Shown here: positions 1 through 9,487 of the stretch, piece after piece
Numbering within the stretch: the stretch's first letter is position 1
How the letters are laid out: each line of letters starts with the position of its first letter
Sequence record: SRR31156797_10354
Strand: one strand, 5' to 3'
Length of the DNA stretch: 64,000 nt
Made by a program: the position numbers and the translations under genes
The notes under the pieces: model-generated
What the model saw: the letters and a program-made list of their open reading frames with translations, nothing else
Database searches by the model: none
What the model was told of the DNA's origin: nothing

Positions 1-31
1 AGTGTCCTATATAGGGGGAGCATATCAGATC

Positions 32-50
32 GAGCCTCGGCTCTTTTTTT
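32..50 (+). terminator. Short intrinsic terminator of a + strand transcript ending at the window edge
   Basis: GAGC-CTCG-GCTC hairpin followed by a T-run. Confidence 0.45.
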
Positions 51-729
51 ATTGTCTTACAGCCTCATTAGCAGCAAAGCGTTTTGAAAAATGTTGTTCT
101 AATCGCTTTTGACCGGCTTCAATCAAAATGCACAACAGCCAATAGATGATGGCAACTAGCACGTACATGGACATGTAATCAAAAGTTCGTCCGCCAACGA
201 TCTTGGCTTTTTGAAAAATATCAGGAATCGTGATCATTGCTGCCAAGGAGGTTCCTTTCAACAAATCCATTGCCACATTACTCAATGCCGGTACAGATAT
301 ACGAAAAGCTTGCGGCAAAATAATCAGACGCATCGTTTTCGTAAATGATAACCCTAACGCATAGGCAGCATCAAATTGCCCACGATCCACTCCAGCAATT
401 GATCCTCGGTAGATTTCCCCGATAAATGCGCTGCTGGTCAATGTAAAACAGATGATCGCAGCACTAAGCGCCGACAATTGATAGGGCAAACCAAAATACA
501 GGAGGAACAACAAGACCAACGCTGGGACGCCTCTTAGAAATGAGAGATAGCCCCGCACGAACCCTCTAATGATGGGGTTTTCCAGCATCCCTAAGAAGGT
601 GAGCATGATCCCTAAGAGGTTGCCACCTAGAAAAGAAACGACAGCAATGCCGACCGTATAGGACAAGCCCGACAGCAAATAGGGCAATGAGTCCCACATC
701 AACGGCAAATCAAGGGTTGGAATATACAT
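49..729 (-). CDS. Polar amino acid ABC transporter permease (YckA/TcyB-like)
   Basis: FLRGVPALVLLF, EIYRGSIAGVDRGQFDAAYALG (EAA-type loop), IILPQA motifs. Confidence 0.9.
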   Translation of the reverse strand: MYIPTLDLPLMWDSLPYLLSGLSYTVGIAVVSFLGGNLLGIMLTFLGMLENPIIRGFVRGYLSFLRGVPALVLLFLLYFGLPYQLSALSAAIICFTLTSSAFIGEIYRGSIAGVDRGQFDAAYALGLSFTKTMRLIILPQAFRISVPALSNVAMDLLKGTSLAAMITIPDIFQKAKIVGGRTFDYMSMYVLVAIIYWLLCILIEAGQKRLEQHFSKRFAANEAVRQ

Positions 730-1580
730 TAGTCTGTTTCAACCGTTTGGATCGCTTGATCAGATTTTACTGAAATATCGGTTTGAAAATACGTTTCTGC
801 AAGTTCTTTTAAACGGCCGTCTTCTTTCATTTCTGCTAAAACAGCATCCACTTTTTCCTGCAATGCTTTATGATCCTTCACAAATAAGAAGCCCGTTTCA
901 TTCGGATTAAAGTAGACATCTTCTAAAATTTTTACAGGGATATCTGGCAAAGCAGCAACCGCCATTTTTTGCAAATAGTAATCATTCAAGATCACATCCG
1001 TTCGACCATTCGCAACATCTGTCAAATACTGATCATTCGTTGCGTTGTCGTAAGTCACTAATTCTGCCCCATAAGATTCGGCTAAGCGCATGTAGCTGGT
1101 ATTCGGTTCACCAGCAGCTTTTTTGCCATCCAAATCTTCTAAAGAAGCAATCCCTGAGTCATCACTTTTACGCACGATCATACTATCGAACGAGTATTTG
1201 ATAGGCGTTGAGAGACTGAATTTTTCCGCCCGTTCATCCGTCAAACCAAAATCGTTGGCAGCAAAATCGGCTTCTCCACGTGTTAAAGAAGAAACTTGTC
1301 CATCGACATTGTACTCTTTAAATGTGATCTCTACGCCTAATCGTTTGGCGACTTCTTTTGCCACATCGACATCATAGCCCACTAATTCATTTTCATCGTT
1401 ATAGTAAGACGATGGATACAAGGTTCCCGAAGTAGCAACAACCAATGTTTTGGCTTCTTCCACCTTGCTTAGACTTGAGTCTTCTTCCGTTGGTTTGCTG
1501 CAGGCACTTAACAGGACCCCCGTAAATAAACCTAAAAAGCCAACCATTGCAACGATTTTCCCTTTTCTAACTTGTTTCAT
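729..1580 (-). CDS. Amino acid ABC transporter substrate-binding lipoprotein (SBP family 3)
   Basis: Lipobox LLSAC; GYDVDVAKEVAKRLG; SLEDLDGKK. Confidence 0.9.
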   Translation of the reverse strand: MKQVRKGKIVAMVGFLGLFTGVLLSACSKPTEEDSSLSKVEEAKTLVVATSGTLYPSSYYNDENELVGYDVDVAKEVAKRLGVEITFKEYNVDGQVSSLTRGEADFAANDFGLTDERAEKFSLSTPIKYSFDSMIVRKSDDSGIASLEDLDGKKAAGEPNTSYMRLAESYGAELVTYDNATNDQYLTDVANGRTDVILNDYYLQKMAVAALPDIPVKILEDVYFNPNETGFLFVKDHKALQEKVDAVLAEMKEDGRLKELAETYFQTDISVKSDQAIQTVETD

Positions 1581-1592
1581 AATATCCTCCTC

Positions 1593-3044
1593 TTAGTTTC
1601 CTTGTTTTGGCAACAGAAATCGTTGCTGTGTTTCAAATAAATAGCCGACTTGGAAAAGCAGATCTTCTCTGCCTTTAGACGCCATAAATTGGATCCCTAG
1701 CGGCAACCCTTCCTCGCTAAGAGCAGTTGGCAAGCTGATGGCTGGCTGCCCCGTTAAATTGGCTAATTGAGTGTAAGGTGTCAGAGTATAGCTCTTGGCA
1801 AACATTTCTTCGATCAACTCACCCGCAGCACTTTTTCCAAGCGATTCGATCTCATGCAGTCTTTGGCGAATGCTATCGCTTTGTAAGTCTTCCTCGATCA
1901 AAGGGGCTGGAAAAGCCGTCGTCGGTGTTAAAAAGAGATCATAGGTCGAAAAGACTTCTTCCATTTTTTCTGCCAGCTGATCCCACCACTGCAAGGCAAG
2001 AACGTAATCGGCGGCCGGCAGTTTTTTGCCATATTGGTAAAGTGCCCAGGTCATCAATTCCATCTCTTCCCGTCTGACCGGTTCTTGACGAGCAGCATCG
2101 ATCTCAGCAAACATCGCAGCTGTTTCGCCACCATTCATGGCGTAATAAGTGGTCATCATTTGCTGACCATCCACTGGATAGCCCACTTCAACGACTTCGT
2201 GCCCCTGCTTTTCTAAAAATGCGGCTGCACTTCGGACTGCTTGGATGGCAGTTTCAGACACTTGGCCACCGGTCGGCGATGCGGTAGTAAAAGCAACCTT
2301 CAACCGCGGTTTTTGACTCGCTTGCTGATGATGCCATTCTACTTGCGGTGCCTGATAAGGGGCTGCCGGCTGTGACGTCCGCAACGCATAAAACAACTGT
2401 TCCGTATCACGCATGGAAAGCGTCAACGCAAAGTTGATGGAAGCGCCTTGCCAGCTGCGCCATTCACTAGGACCCACTGGCATCGTGCCACGAGTTGGCT
2501 TCAAACCGATCAATCCGCTAAAGGATGCTGGAATGCGGATCGATCCGCCGCCATCACTGGCACCCGCAATCGGAAACATCCCCGAAGCCACTGCCGCTGC
2601 CGCACCACCACTGGAACCACCAGCTGAATAGGCAGGATTCCACGGATTACGCGTAGGCCCATACAATATTGGATCAGTGATGTTTTTGAATCCAAATTCT
2701 GGTGCATTGGTTTGCCCTAACGGCACAAAGCCCGTCTCTTCTAAACGAGAGACAAAATGAGCCGTGCGGCTGGCTCGTGCTTTAGCAAACAGTTTGGCTC
2801 CTGACGTTGCTGGCCACCCTGCTTTGTTTTGGCCGAGTATTTTTAACGGCATGGGTTGTCCCCCAAAGACCGTTTTTTGAAGATGCTGCTCGTAATGCTG
2901 GATCGCTGCTTGCGGATCAAATGTTACAAGCGCATTCAAAAGCGAATTTTGTTGATTGACTTTTTCTTCGATCATCGCCACCCGCTCTGCAAAGCTGATT
3001 TGTCCTTGCCGCAATTGTTTCGCCCAATAGGTCGCATCTTGCAT
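1593..3044 (-). CDS. Amidase signature family protein
   Basis: PLK lysine, GGSSGGAAAAVASG, SDGGGSIRIPAS (Ser-cisSer-Lys triad). Confidence 0.92.
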   Translation of the reverse strand: MQDATYWAKQLRQGQISFAERVAMIEEKVNQQNSLLNALVTFDPQAAIQHYEQHLQKTVFGGQPMPLKILGQNKAGWPATSGAKLFAKARASRTAHFVSRLEETGFVPLGQTNAPEFGFKNITDPILYGPTRNPWNPAYSAGGSSGGAAAAVASGMFPIAGASDGGGSIRIPASFSGLIGLKPTRGTMPVGPSEWRSWQGASINFALTLSMRDTEQLFYALRTSQPAAPYQAPQVEWHHQQASQKPRLKVAFTTASPTGGQVSETAIQAVRSAAAFLEKQGHEVVEVGYPVDGQQMMTTYYAMNGGETAAMFAEIDAARQEPVRREEMELMTWALYQYGKKLPAADYVLALQWWDQLAEKMEEVFSTYDLFLTPTTAFPAPLIEEDLQSDSIRQRLHEIESLGKSAAGELIEEMFAKSYTLTPYTQLANLTGQPAISLPTALSEEGLPLGIQFMASKGREDLLFQVGYLFETQQRFLLPKQGN

Positions 3045-3266
3045 GCTTGCCCCTCCTTTTCCTCAAAACCTCAAACAATTATCTAAACTGTAACACATGA
3101 AAAATTCTTCTTTATATAGACTACAATATACCAAACACTAGGAAATCTTTCAACAAAAATAGAACAGTTTTTAAACCTGTATCATATTGTTATCAAACGT
3201 TCCCATCTTTTTACTACCAGTTGTCGACCAATGCTTCTTCTTAGCTGTCCCCATCATTACCTAACA

Positions 3267-3299
3267 AAAACGGCACATCGCCAAACGATGTGCCGTTTT
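3267..3299 (-). terminator. Intrinsic terminator after the DUF368 gene
   Basis: AAAACGGCACATCG-ccaaa-CGATGTGCCGTTTT perfect stem. Confidence 0.85.
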
Positions 3300-3302
3300 G
3301 AT

Positions 3303-4145
3303 TTACTTGTATTTTTCTTCCAGCTTGCTCATCCAAAGACCTAACCAAGCCCCCAAGACAAACAAGATAATTCCGATGACGGCTGTTACCCAAGTAAAGC
3401 CGCTATAGTTTGCCACCGGAGGAATCACGATCAATATCGTTGAGGCAATAACGATCCCTAAAATGAAGTGATAGACTTTTGAATGATAATGGCTCAATAG
3501 CCACTCCATCAATTTCGAAAACAGCAGCATCACTGCCAAGCCGCCAATGGCGATCGGTAGAAAGACCCCCATGATGTCAAAGCTCTTAAAGCCTTTCAAC
3601 ATCGGATCATAAAGGCCCAAAACGAGCAAAAGGTTTGAAGGACTCAAGCCGGGAACCAAAACACCTAACGCGATCAGACCGCCGGCGATCACAAAACCAA
3701 TGAAATTGGCAGGGATCGTTCCTAAGATATCGCCCATAAAATAGAGGAACAAGAAGCCGATGACCATACTGCCGAAGAACCAAAGCAGGTCGCCGGTTGT
3801 CCGTTTGCTTTTCAAGGTCGATTCTTTAGCAAGTGCTGGTAACGTCCCAATAATTGCCCCCGCAAAGCCCCACAAAACGATGATTTGATAGTTTTGCAGC
3901 AGCCACTCTAATGGCTTTGATAAAAGCCCGATCCCTACGATTCCCCCGATCCCTACTGGCAGGAAAAAGAGGAGATTCTCTTTAAAATTCTTCGTCAGAT
4001 GTGCCATAAAGCGCAGCATCCGCTCATAAATGCCTAAGATGGCTGCCAATACGCCACCTGAAACACCAGGCAAGATAAAGCCCAAGGCAATCACCACGCC
4101 TTTAAGAAAACGTGACAAAATACTTTCGTTTCTCTGTTTTTCCAT
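3303..4145 (-). CDS. DUF368 membrane protein (undecaprenyl-phosphate recycling translocase family)
   Basis: Repeated PGVSGG / PGLSPS re-entrant motifs, multiple TM helices. Confidence 0.85.
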   Translation of the reverse strand: MEKQRNESILSRFLKGVVIALGFILPGVSGGVLAAILGIYERMLRFMAHLTKNFKENLLFFLPVGIGGIVGIGLLSKPLEWLLQNYQIIVLWGFAGAIIGTLPALAKESTLKSKRTTGDLLWFFGSMVIGFLFLYFMGDILGTIPANFIGFVIAGGLIALGVLVPGLSPSNLLLVLGLYDPMLKGFKSFDIMGVFLPIAIGGLAVMLLFSKLMEWLLSHYHSKVYHFILGIVIASTILIVIPPVANYSGFTWVTAVIGIILFVLGAWLGLWMSKLEEKYK

Positions 4146-4267
4146 TTACAATTGCTCTCCTTAGCGATGGTTTTCACCAATCGTTCTTTTTTCATCAATC
4201 CCTTTAACTATACTTGATTGCCAAAAAAATGGAAAGTAATTTCTAATTCCTCATACAAAGGCAGATT

Positions 4268-4780
4268 TCAAAGTTCTTTCAGCATCAAGAAATCCGTCTG
4301 CTCATCATCCCCCATAAAAAAGGAATGACTGCCAACTCTTACAAAGCCCATCGTATGATAAAAAGCCAACGCATTGTCGTTAAATTCCCAAACACCTAAC
4401 CAGATCGACTTTTTCTGCAGCGCTTTGGCGGTCTCTTGAGCAAACAGCAGCAGTGTTTTGCCATAGCCTCTGCGCTTATGTTCTTTTTTGATATAGATTC
4501 GTTCAATTTCCAACCCCTCTGGGGCAATCGCTTCCGTTTGCGCCTCACCCCAGTTAAGTTTGATATATCCTACGGTTTGATCATTTTCTTGTAAAAAATA
4601 AAACGCCGATTGCGGATTTTCTAACTCTCGGGTCAGTTTCGGCAGATTGTAGGCTTCTTCTAGATAGATACGAGTATTTTCCTCCGTATTGAAAGGAGCA
4701 AATGTATCGTAATAGGTGGATACGCTGATTTCTCCCAATTCTTCTAAATCTGCCAAAGTACATCGTTTGATAGCCATCAA
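4268..4780 (-). CDS. GNAT N-acetyltransferase (PaiA/spermidine acetyltransferase-like)
   Basis: LEIERIYI, RRGYGKTLL, IWLGVWEFNDNALAFY, DEQTDFLM. Confidence 0.85.
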   Translation of the reverse strand: MMAIKRCTLADLEELGEISVSTYYDTFAPFNTEENTRIYLEEAYNLPKLTRELENPQSAFYFLQENDQTVGYIKLNWGEAQTEAIAPEGLEIERIYIKKEHKRRGYGKTLLLFAQETAKALQKKSIWLGVWEFNDNALAFYHTMGFVRVGSHSFFMGDDEQTDFLMLKEL

Positions 4781-4837
4781 AACGCCTCCTTTTTTATCAA
4801 GCTATTCTATCACATCTCCATTATCCCTTGCAAAAGC

Positions 4838-4874
4838 AAAAAGGGCGGACAGCTTTCCCCACTGTCCGTCCTTT
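4838..4874 (-). terminator. Intrinsic terminator after the GT32 gene
   Basis: AAAGGGCGGACAG...CTGTCCGTCCTTT stem with A-run on +. Confidence 0.75.
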
Positions 4875-4889
4875 CATAGACTTACTCTT

Positions 4890-5519
4890 TTATAACCAAG
4901 AGCCAGAAAACTGATGGATCACCATCGTACTCGGATCTTCCTCGACCTCACCCGTGATATAGCTTTTTGGTGAAAACGTCATTTGCGGGAAGATCTCTAC
5001 GCCCTTAACGGTTTGTCGTTGATTATTCAATTCTAATCCGTGGTTTTGCAGCAGTTCCGTCACTCGGATCACATTGGTGACGACATCTTCCGTTTTTTCT
5101 GCCCGGACAAATTTTCGGTCATCGTAATCGTGGTACCATTCTTCCATAAAGGGATGGTGCGGCACCGCTCCAATGATCCCAGTAGAAATCTTGGTTTCGA
5201 TCTCAAAGCCCATAAATGCCTCCAGTGTCAAGAGCTCATCTAAAGGTTTGACCACCTCGATATCAGTATCCATATAAATACCGCCTTCTGTCACTAACGC
5301 ATACAAACGAACCACATCTGACACAAATGCCCATTCTTCTTGGTCATAGGCCTCTTTTAGATAAGGACCGAATTTTGAAAGGTCGATCGTTGATTCATCC
5401 CAACGTTTGATCTCATAATCCGGACAATATTTTTTCCAGGTATCCATGTATTTCTTTTCTTGTTCACCTAATGGATTGCCGCCAAACCAGCAATAATGAA
5501 TAATTTTTGGAATCATCAA
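4890..5519 (-). CDS. Glycosyltransferase family 32 (Och1/DXD type)
   Basis: MIPKIIHYCWFG start, WAFVSDVVRL, GGIYMDTD, HQFSGSW. Confidence 0.88.
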   Translation of the reverse strand: MMIPKIIHYCWFGGNPLGEQEKKYMDTWKKYCPDYEIKRWDESTIDLSKFGPYLKEAYDQEEWAFVSDVVRLYALVTEGGIYMDTDIEVVKPLDELLTLEAFMGFEIETKISTGIIGAVPHHPFMEEWYHDYDDRKFVRAEKTEDVVTNVIRVTELLQNHGLELNNQRQTVKGVEIFPQMTFSPKSYITGEVEEDPSTMVIHQFSGSWL

Positions 5520-5647
5520 TCTCTCTCCTTTAGTTTATTGGTCTCTTTTAAGTGTAGCGGATTTTGCAATTGTTTCAAAATCATATACACTTTTTACGGC
5601 AAAAAGAACTGTTGGCTCTGCTCTTCAGGATCAGAAAGGATCATTGA

Positions 5648-5682
5648 AAAAAGCACCTGAGTCAACGACTCGAGTGCTTTTT
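5648..5682 (-). terminator. Intrinsic terminator after lctO
   Basis: AAAAAGCAC..GAGTC-aac-GACTC..GTGCTTTTT. Confidence 0.75.
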
Positions 5683-5692
5683 GAGGGATTGC

Positions 5693-6796
5693 TTATAAAT
5701 AATGATTGTCCCGTAAGACGGCTTTTTTGATATCTGCCACCGTTTGCGTCCCCGCAAGCTGCATGACCATCTCCAATTCTTTTTTGAAGAAATCAAAGAC
5801 TTGTTGAACACCGGTGGCACCACCTAGAGCCAACCCATAAATCACTGGTCGACCGATTGCCACCAGATCTGCTCCGCAAGCAATCGCTTTAAAGACATGT
5901 TGTCCTCGCCGTACCCCGCTATCAAAGACGATCGGCGCCCGACCTGCTACTGCTTCAGCCACGATCTGCAAGGAATCAAAGGAAGCTGGACCACCATCCA
6001 ATTGGCGTCCCCCGTGATTTGAGACCCAAATCCCTTGTGCACCTGCCCCTAATGCTCGTTCCACATCTTCTTCTGATTGCACCCCTTTGACATAAACCGG
6101 CAAATCAGATTCTTTGGCGATAAAAGCGACATCCTGAGGACTTAATTTTTGTTTTGAGGAGCCGTAAACGGCATCCATCGTTTGTCCGATCCCTGATTGA
6201 TAAGCCTGAACGATCGGCATTGCCAACGGAAAGGTGAAGCCATTGCGGCGATCCGTTTCTCGATTGCCCCCCACGGTTGCATCTGCGGTCAAAACGATCG
6301 CTTTGGCGCCATTGCGTTTTGCCATCGCCAAGATGTCTTTGTTAATACCATCGTCTTTACTCATATAAAACTGGAACCACTGCGGCGCTTCTTGACCTCC
6401 AGCCGCTCGGATTTCTTCCAACGTACAAGAGGCATACGAACTCGCCGTATAGATCGTGCCAAAACGTGACACACCTTTGGCTGACGCTTGCTCTGCCGCA
6501 ACATTTGCTAAGCCGTGGGCAGCCACAGGCGCCATAATGATTGGCGCTGACAACGTGTCACCGCCAAAGGACAACGTTGTGTCCGGTAATTCAATGTCCT
6601 TTAAGACATGAGGAATGATCAATTTGTGATTGAAGGCGCGTTCATTTTCTTGATAGGTAAAAATATCCCCCGCACCACTGCTGATATAGCCATACCCACC
6701 TTTAGGAATCACTTCCTCTGCGGCGATCTCCAAATCGCGCATATTGATAAAATCAATTGCTCCTTCTGCTGTACTTGCTTGATAGATTTTTTCCAT
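5693..6796 (-). CDS. lctO: L-lactate oxidase (FMN-dependent alpha-hydroxy acid oxidase)
   Basis: MAPVAAHGLA, WFQFYMSKDD, SNHGGRQLD, DSGVRRG. Confidence 0.9.
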   Translation of the reverse strand: MEKIYQASTAEGAIDFINMRDLEIAAEEVIPKGGYGYISSGAGDIFTYQENERAFNHKLIIPHVLKDIELPDTTLSFGGDTLSAPIIMAPVAAHGLANVAAEQASAKGVSRFGTIYTASSYASCTLEEIRAAGGQEAPQWFQFYMSKDDGINKDILAMAKRNGAKAIVLTADATVGGNRETDRRNGFTFPLAMPIVQAYQSGIGQTMDAVYGSSKQKLSPQDVAFIAKESDLPVYVKGVQSEEDVERALGAGAQGIWVSNHGGRQLDGGPASFDSLQIVAEAVAGRAPIVFDSGVRRGQHVFKAIACGADLVAIGRPVIYGLALGGATGVQQVFDFFKKELEMVMQLAGTQTVADIKKAVLRDNHYL

Positions 6797-6817
6797 GCCT
6801 TTCCCTACTCTCCGATA

Positions 6818-6831
6818 AGATAACGTTTACA
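6818..6831 (-). promoter_or_regulatory. cre site (CcpA) upstream of lctO
   Basis: TGTAAACGTTATCT versus consensus TGWAANCGNTNWCA. Confidence 0.6.
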
Positions 6832-6941
6832 TTTTTATCCTACGCCTGATTGTAGGATCACGCAACTCATTCGCTCACTCCTGTCAAATAGGCTTACTTT
6901 ACTTTTCCACTCAAGACAGCCCTCCATTTGAACTAGCTGAA

Positions 6942-7364
6942 TTATTGTTTTGTTCGTTTAAGATATTCTGCCAATAACAACGGCTGAATCGTTGGATATG
7001 TCCAACTGACAGGCGGCTTTGCCCTTACATAGATTGCTTCGATCTCTGAGGTCAACTCATCCTCCAAGTCCGTGATCTGGGCTTCGAACACCAAGCCGTA
7101 ATCGGTCTCCCCGTCTTTTTCTACCCCATAGATAAATAACGGCTCTAGAGTAAAGTGCTTGGCTCCTGGTTCTTCCTTTAGTTCACGGGCGGCACACGCT
7201 GTGATGCTTTCTCCTGATTCTCGCTTACCTCCGGGTATTTCTAATGTGTCTCGTTCTTTGTGTTTGACATAGACGAGCTTTTCTTGATACTTGCTGATGA
7301 TCACCGCAAAAACTAGCTGCTCTTCTGCGATCTTTTCAAGCTCAAAAATCGTTACGTGATTCAT
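6942..7364 (-). CDS. NUDIX hydrolase
   Basis: Nudix box GGKRESGESITACAARELKEEPG; start placed at the ATG with a spaced AAAGGA. Confidence 0.85.
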   Translation of the reverse strand: MNHVTIFELEKIAEEQLVFAVIISKYQEKLVYVKHKERDTLEIPGGKRESGESITACAARELKEEPGAKHFTLEPLFIYGVEKDGETDYGLVFEAQITDLEDELTSEIEAIYVRAKPPVSWTYPTIQPLLLAEYLKRTKQ

Positions 7365-7423
7365 TTTACTCATTCCTTTCAAAAAAGCAGGCTTGCTTCT
7401 ATAATAAACAGTCGTTAAAAATC

Positions 7424-7462
7424 AAAAAAAGTGCTGATCCCTTATGGAAAGGATCAGCACTT
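7424..7462 (-). terminator. Terminator of the ireB-yqgF-DUF1292 operon
   Basis: AAGTGCTGATCC...GGATCAGCACTT stem plus A-run. Confidence 0.85.
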
Positions 7463-7470
7463 GCAGCTTG

Positions 7471-7788
7471 TTATTCTTCTTCTTCCGCCATGAATGTGTT
7501 GAAGACTTCTTCAATCATATCCCATTCTGCTTCTGTTTCGATCTGTTCTAATTCACCTTCAGAACCGTCTTCGTTTTCAATATAAGCGTACGCTTGTAAT
7601 TCAACGTCTTCTTCTTCCGGTACGCCTGCTGGATAAAGCAAGACGTAGTTGCGGCCGAATTCTTCCGTACCGTCAACCGTTAATAGAATTTCGTATAAGG
7701 TTTCATTTCCTTGGTCATCGATCAAAGTAATGTGTTCATGTCCTTCATGATCGTGATCGTGGTTATGATCGTGTGTATGTTCTGACAT
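7471..7788 (-). CDS. DUF1292 protein with His-rich N-terminus
   Basis: [28 protein letters not shown]; usual third gene after ireB-yqgF. Confidence 0.9.
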   Translation of the reverse strand: MSEHTHDHNHDHDHEGHEHITLIDDQGNETLYEILLTVDGTEEFGRNYVLLYPAGVPEEEDVELQAYAYIENEDGSEGELEQIETEAEWDMIEEVFNTFMAEEEE

Positions 7789-7810
7789 TTATTTTCCTCT
7801 TTTCTGTAAA

Positions 7811-8242
7811 TTAAAACAGCTGTTTCCCAGCACCATCTAAATAATTCTGCAAAATCATGACTGCTGCTAATTTATCAATCACTTTTTTTCGTTTGGCACG
7901 CGATGTATTCGCCTGTTCTACCAGCATTCGTTCTGCTTGAACGGTCGTCAGACGTTCGTCTTGGTAAACGACCGGCAAACCGAATTGCTGTTCGATCGCT
8001 GCGCCGTAAGCCATAGAAGCTTCCGCTCTAGGTCCGATCGTATTATTCATATTTTTAGGTAGTCCTACCACAAAACGTGAGACTTCATATTCTTTCACCA
8101 ATTCAGCAAGTCGATCATAACCGAAATTGCCTTCATCTTCATTGATGCGAATGATCTCGATCCCTTGTGCTGTCCAGCCCATTGGGTCACTGACCGCCAC
8201 GCCGACTGTCCGCGAACCAACATCCAATCCCATGATTCTCAT
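7811..8242 (-). CDS. ruvX: YqgF/RuvX family nuclease
   Basis: [41 protein letters not shown]. Confidence 0.95.
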   Translation of the reverse strand: MRIMGLDVGSRTVGVAVSDPMGWTAQGIEIIRINEDEGNFGYDRLAELVKEYEVSRFVVGLPKNMNNTIGPRAEASMAYGAAIEQQFGLPVVYQDERLTTVQAERMLVEQANTSRAKRKKVIDKLAAVMILQNYLDGAGKQLF

Positions 8243-8508
8243 TATAGGTTGATCCCGTGATTGCCTAAATAATAACGGATCAGAACTTCCATGATCTCAT
8301 CCCGTTCGTGACGACGAATCAAATTCCGGGCATCCCGATAACGAGGAATGTAAGCCGGGTCGCCAGAAAGGAGATAACCGACGATTTGATTGATCGGATT
8401 GTATCCTTTTTCCTCTAATGCTCGGTAGACGATAGCTAATGTTTCGCTGACTTCTTTTTTACGGCTATCATCAAAATCAAAGCGAACTGTTTCATCTGTA
8501 AAACCCAT
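8242..8508 (-). CDS. ireB: IreB/ReoM family regulatory phosphoprotein (UPF0297)
   Basis: [33 protein letters not shown]. Confidence 0.95.
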   Translation of the reverse strand: MGFTDETVRFDFDDSRKKEVSETLAIVYRALEEKGYNPINQIVGYLLSGDPAYIPRYRDARNLIRRHERDEIMEVLIRYYLGNHGINL

Positions 8509-8653
8509 TTCACGACACCTCTCTTTTGTATAGATTTTAGCATATGTTCCTACTATATTGTACTAAACGTTTGATAAAACTACAAACATATGCTTAGATT
8601 TTCTTCATTATAACAAAGGTTTATGATGTTTCTATGAACTTTCTTAAAAAAAG

Positions 8654-9484
8654 CTAGAAAGCGCGATAGACATACTGGTTTTCTGGTGCTTCAATCGTCT
8701 TCTCTTGGTCTGCTACCACCATCGGCAAGTCTCGTTTGAAGGGTTGATAGTACTTCGATTGGATCGTCCCTTCCACGTGGAGCCACTGGTTATTTTCTGC
8801 AGTCGCTTGCTGCGGCAATTCCACCCGTAAACCGAAAACGCCTGAATCAGCCACACAATGGATAATGCCAAAACGAAACAAAAAGATTTCATTGGCATCA
8901 TCTTGATCTGCATGGTACACAAATCCATCATAGGTGATTTTCTTACCAATGAATTCACTCGGGTACGTATAGATCAACTCCATGACTTCCAAGTAATTTT
9001 CTTCCGTTACCGCAATCGTCTCATCTTTGGCGTAACGTGCCAAGGCTGCATCCATCTGAGTGTCATAATCTTCTTTGTTAAAATAAAGACTTGTATCGGG
9101 TTTCAGATATTGGGTCGTCATTTCTGGATCCCCCACAGATTCTTCACTTAGGGGGAAATTAAACCCTTTTGCTTCAACGATCGTCGTATCCAAGCTAACG
9201 GTGGGAAAAAAGAGACCCACGATGATCGGTAAGGCTAATAGAAAATACGCAATCACTCGTTGGTATTTTTTCTCTAATCCATGCTGGTGCTCGTCGTCAT
9301 GATGATGCTCGGGCTCTTGTTTGACCCAAAAGTACAGCTGGACCAAAGCCAACAATAAAGAAATGATCATAGATAAAATAGCGAGATAGCGATAATGAAT
9401 GTTGATAAACTGATTGAGTTTGCCCGTCACTTGCAAATACATCATTAATTCAAAATAGCCTGATAAGATCAAAAAACGAATCAT
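8654..9484 (-). CDS. TIGR03943/YcgQ family putative permease subunit
   Basis: N-terminal TMs, His patch, FLFRFGIIHCVADSGVFG. Confidence 0.85.
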   Translation of the reverse strand: MIRFLILSGYFELMMYLQVTGKLNQFINIHYRYLAILSMIISLLLALVQLYFWVKQEPEHHHDDEHQHGLEKKYQRVIAYFLLALPIIVGLFFPTVSLDTTIVEAKGFNFPLSEESVGDPEMTTQYLKPDTSLYFNKEDYDTQMDAALARYAKDETIAVTEENYLEVMELIYTYPSEFIGKKITYDGFVYHADQDDANEIFLFRFGIIHCVADSGVFGLRVELPQQATAENNQWLHVEGTIQSKYYQPFKRDLPMVVADQEKTIEAPENQYVYRAF

Positions 9485-9487
9485 TCT

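Noticed and set aside
1-48. Possible 3' end of a small RNA at the window edge
   Set aside because: Only about 30 nt precede the terminator; no family is recognisable
7160-7180. Nudix box ends EEPG rather than the more usual EETG
   Set aside because: Variable position; the catalytic glutamates are intact
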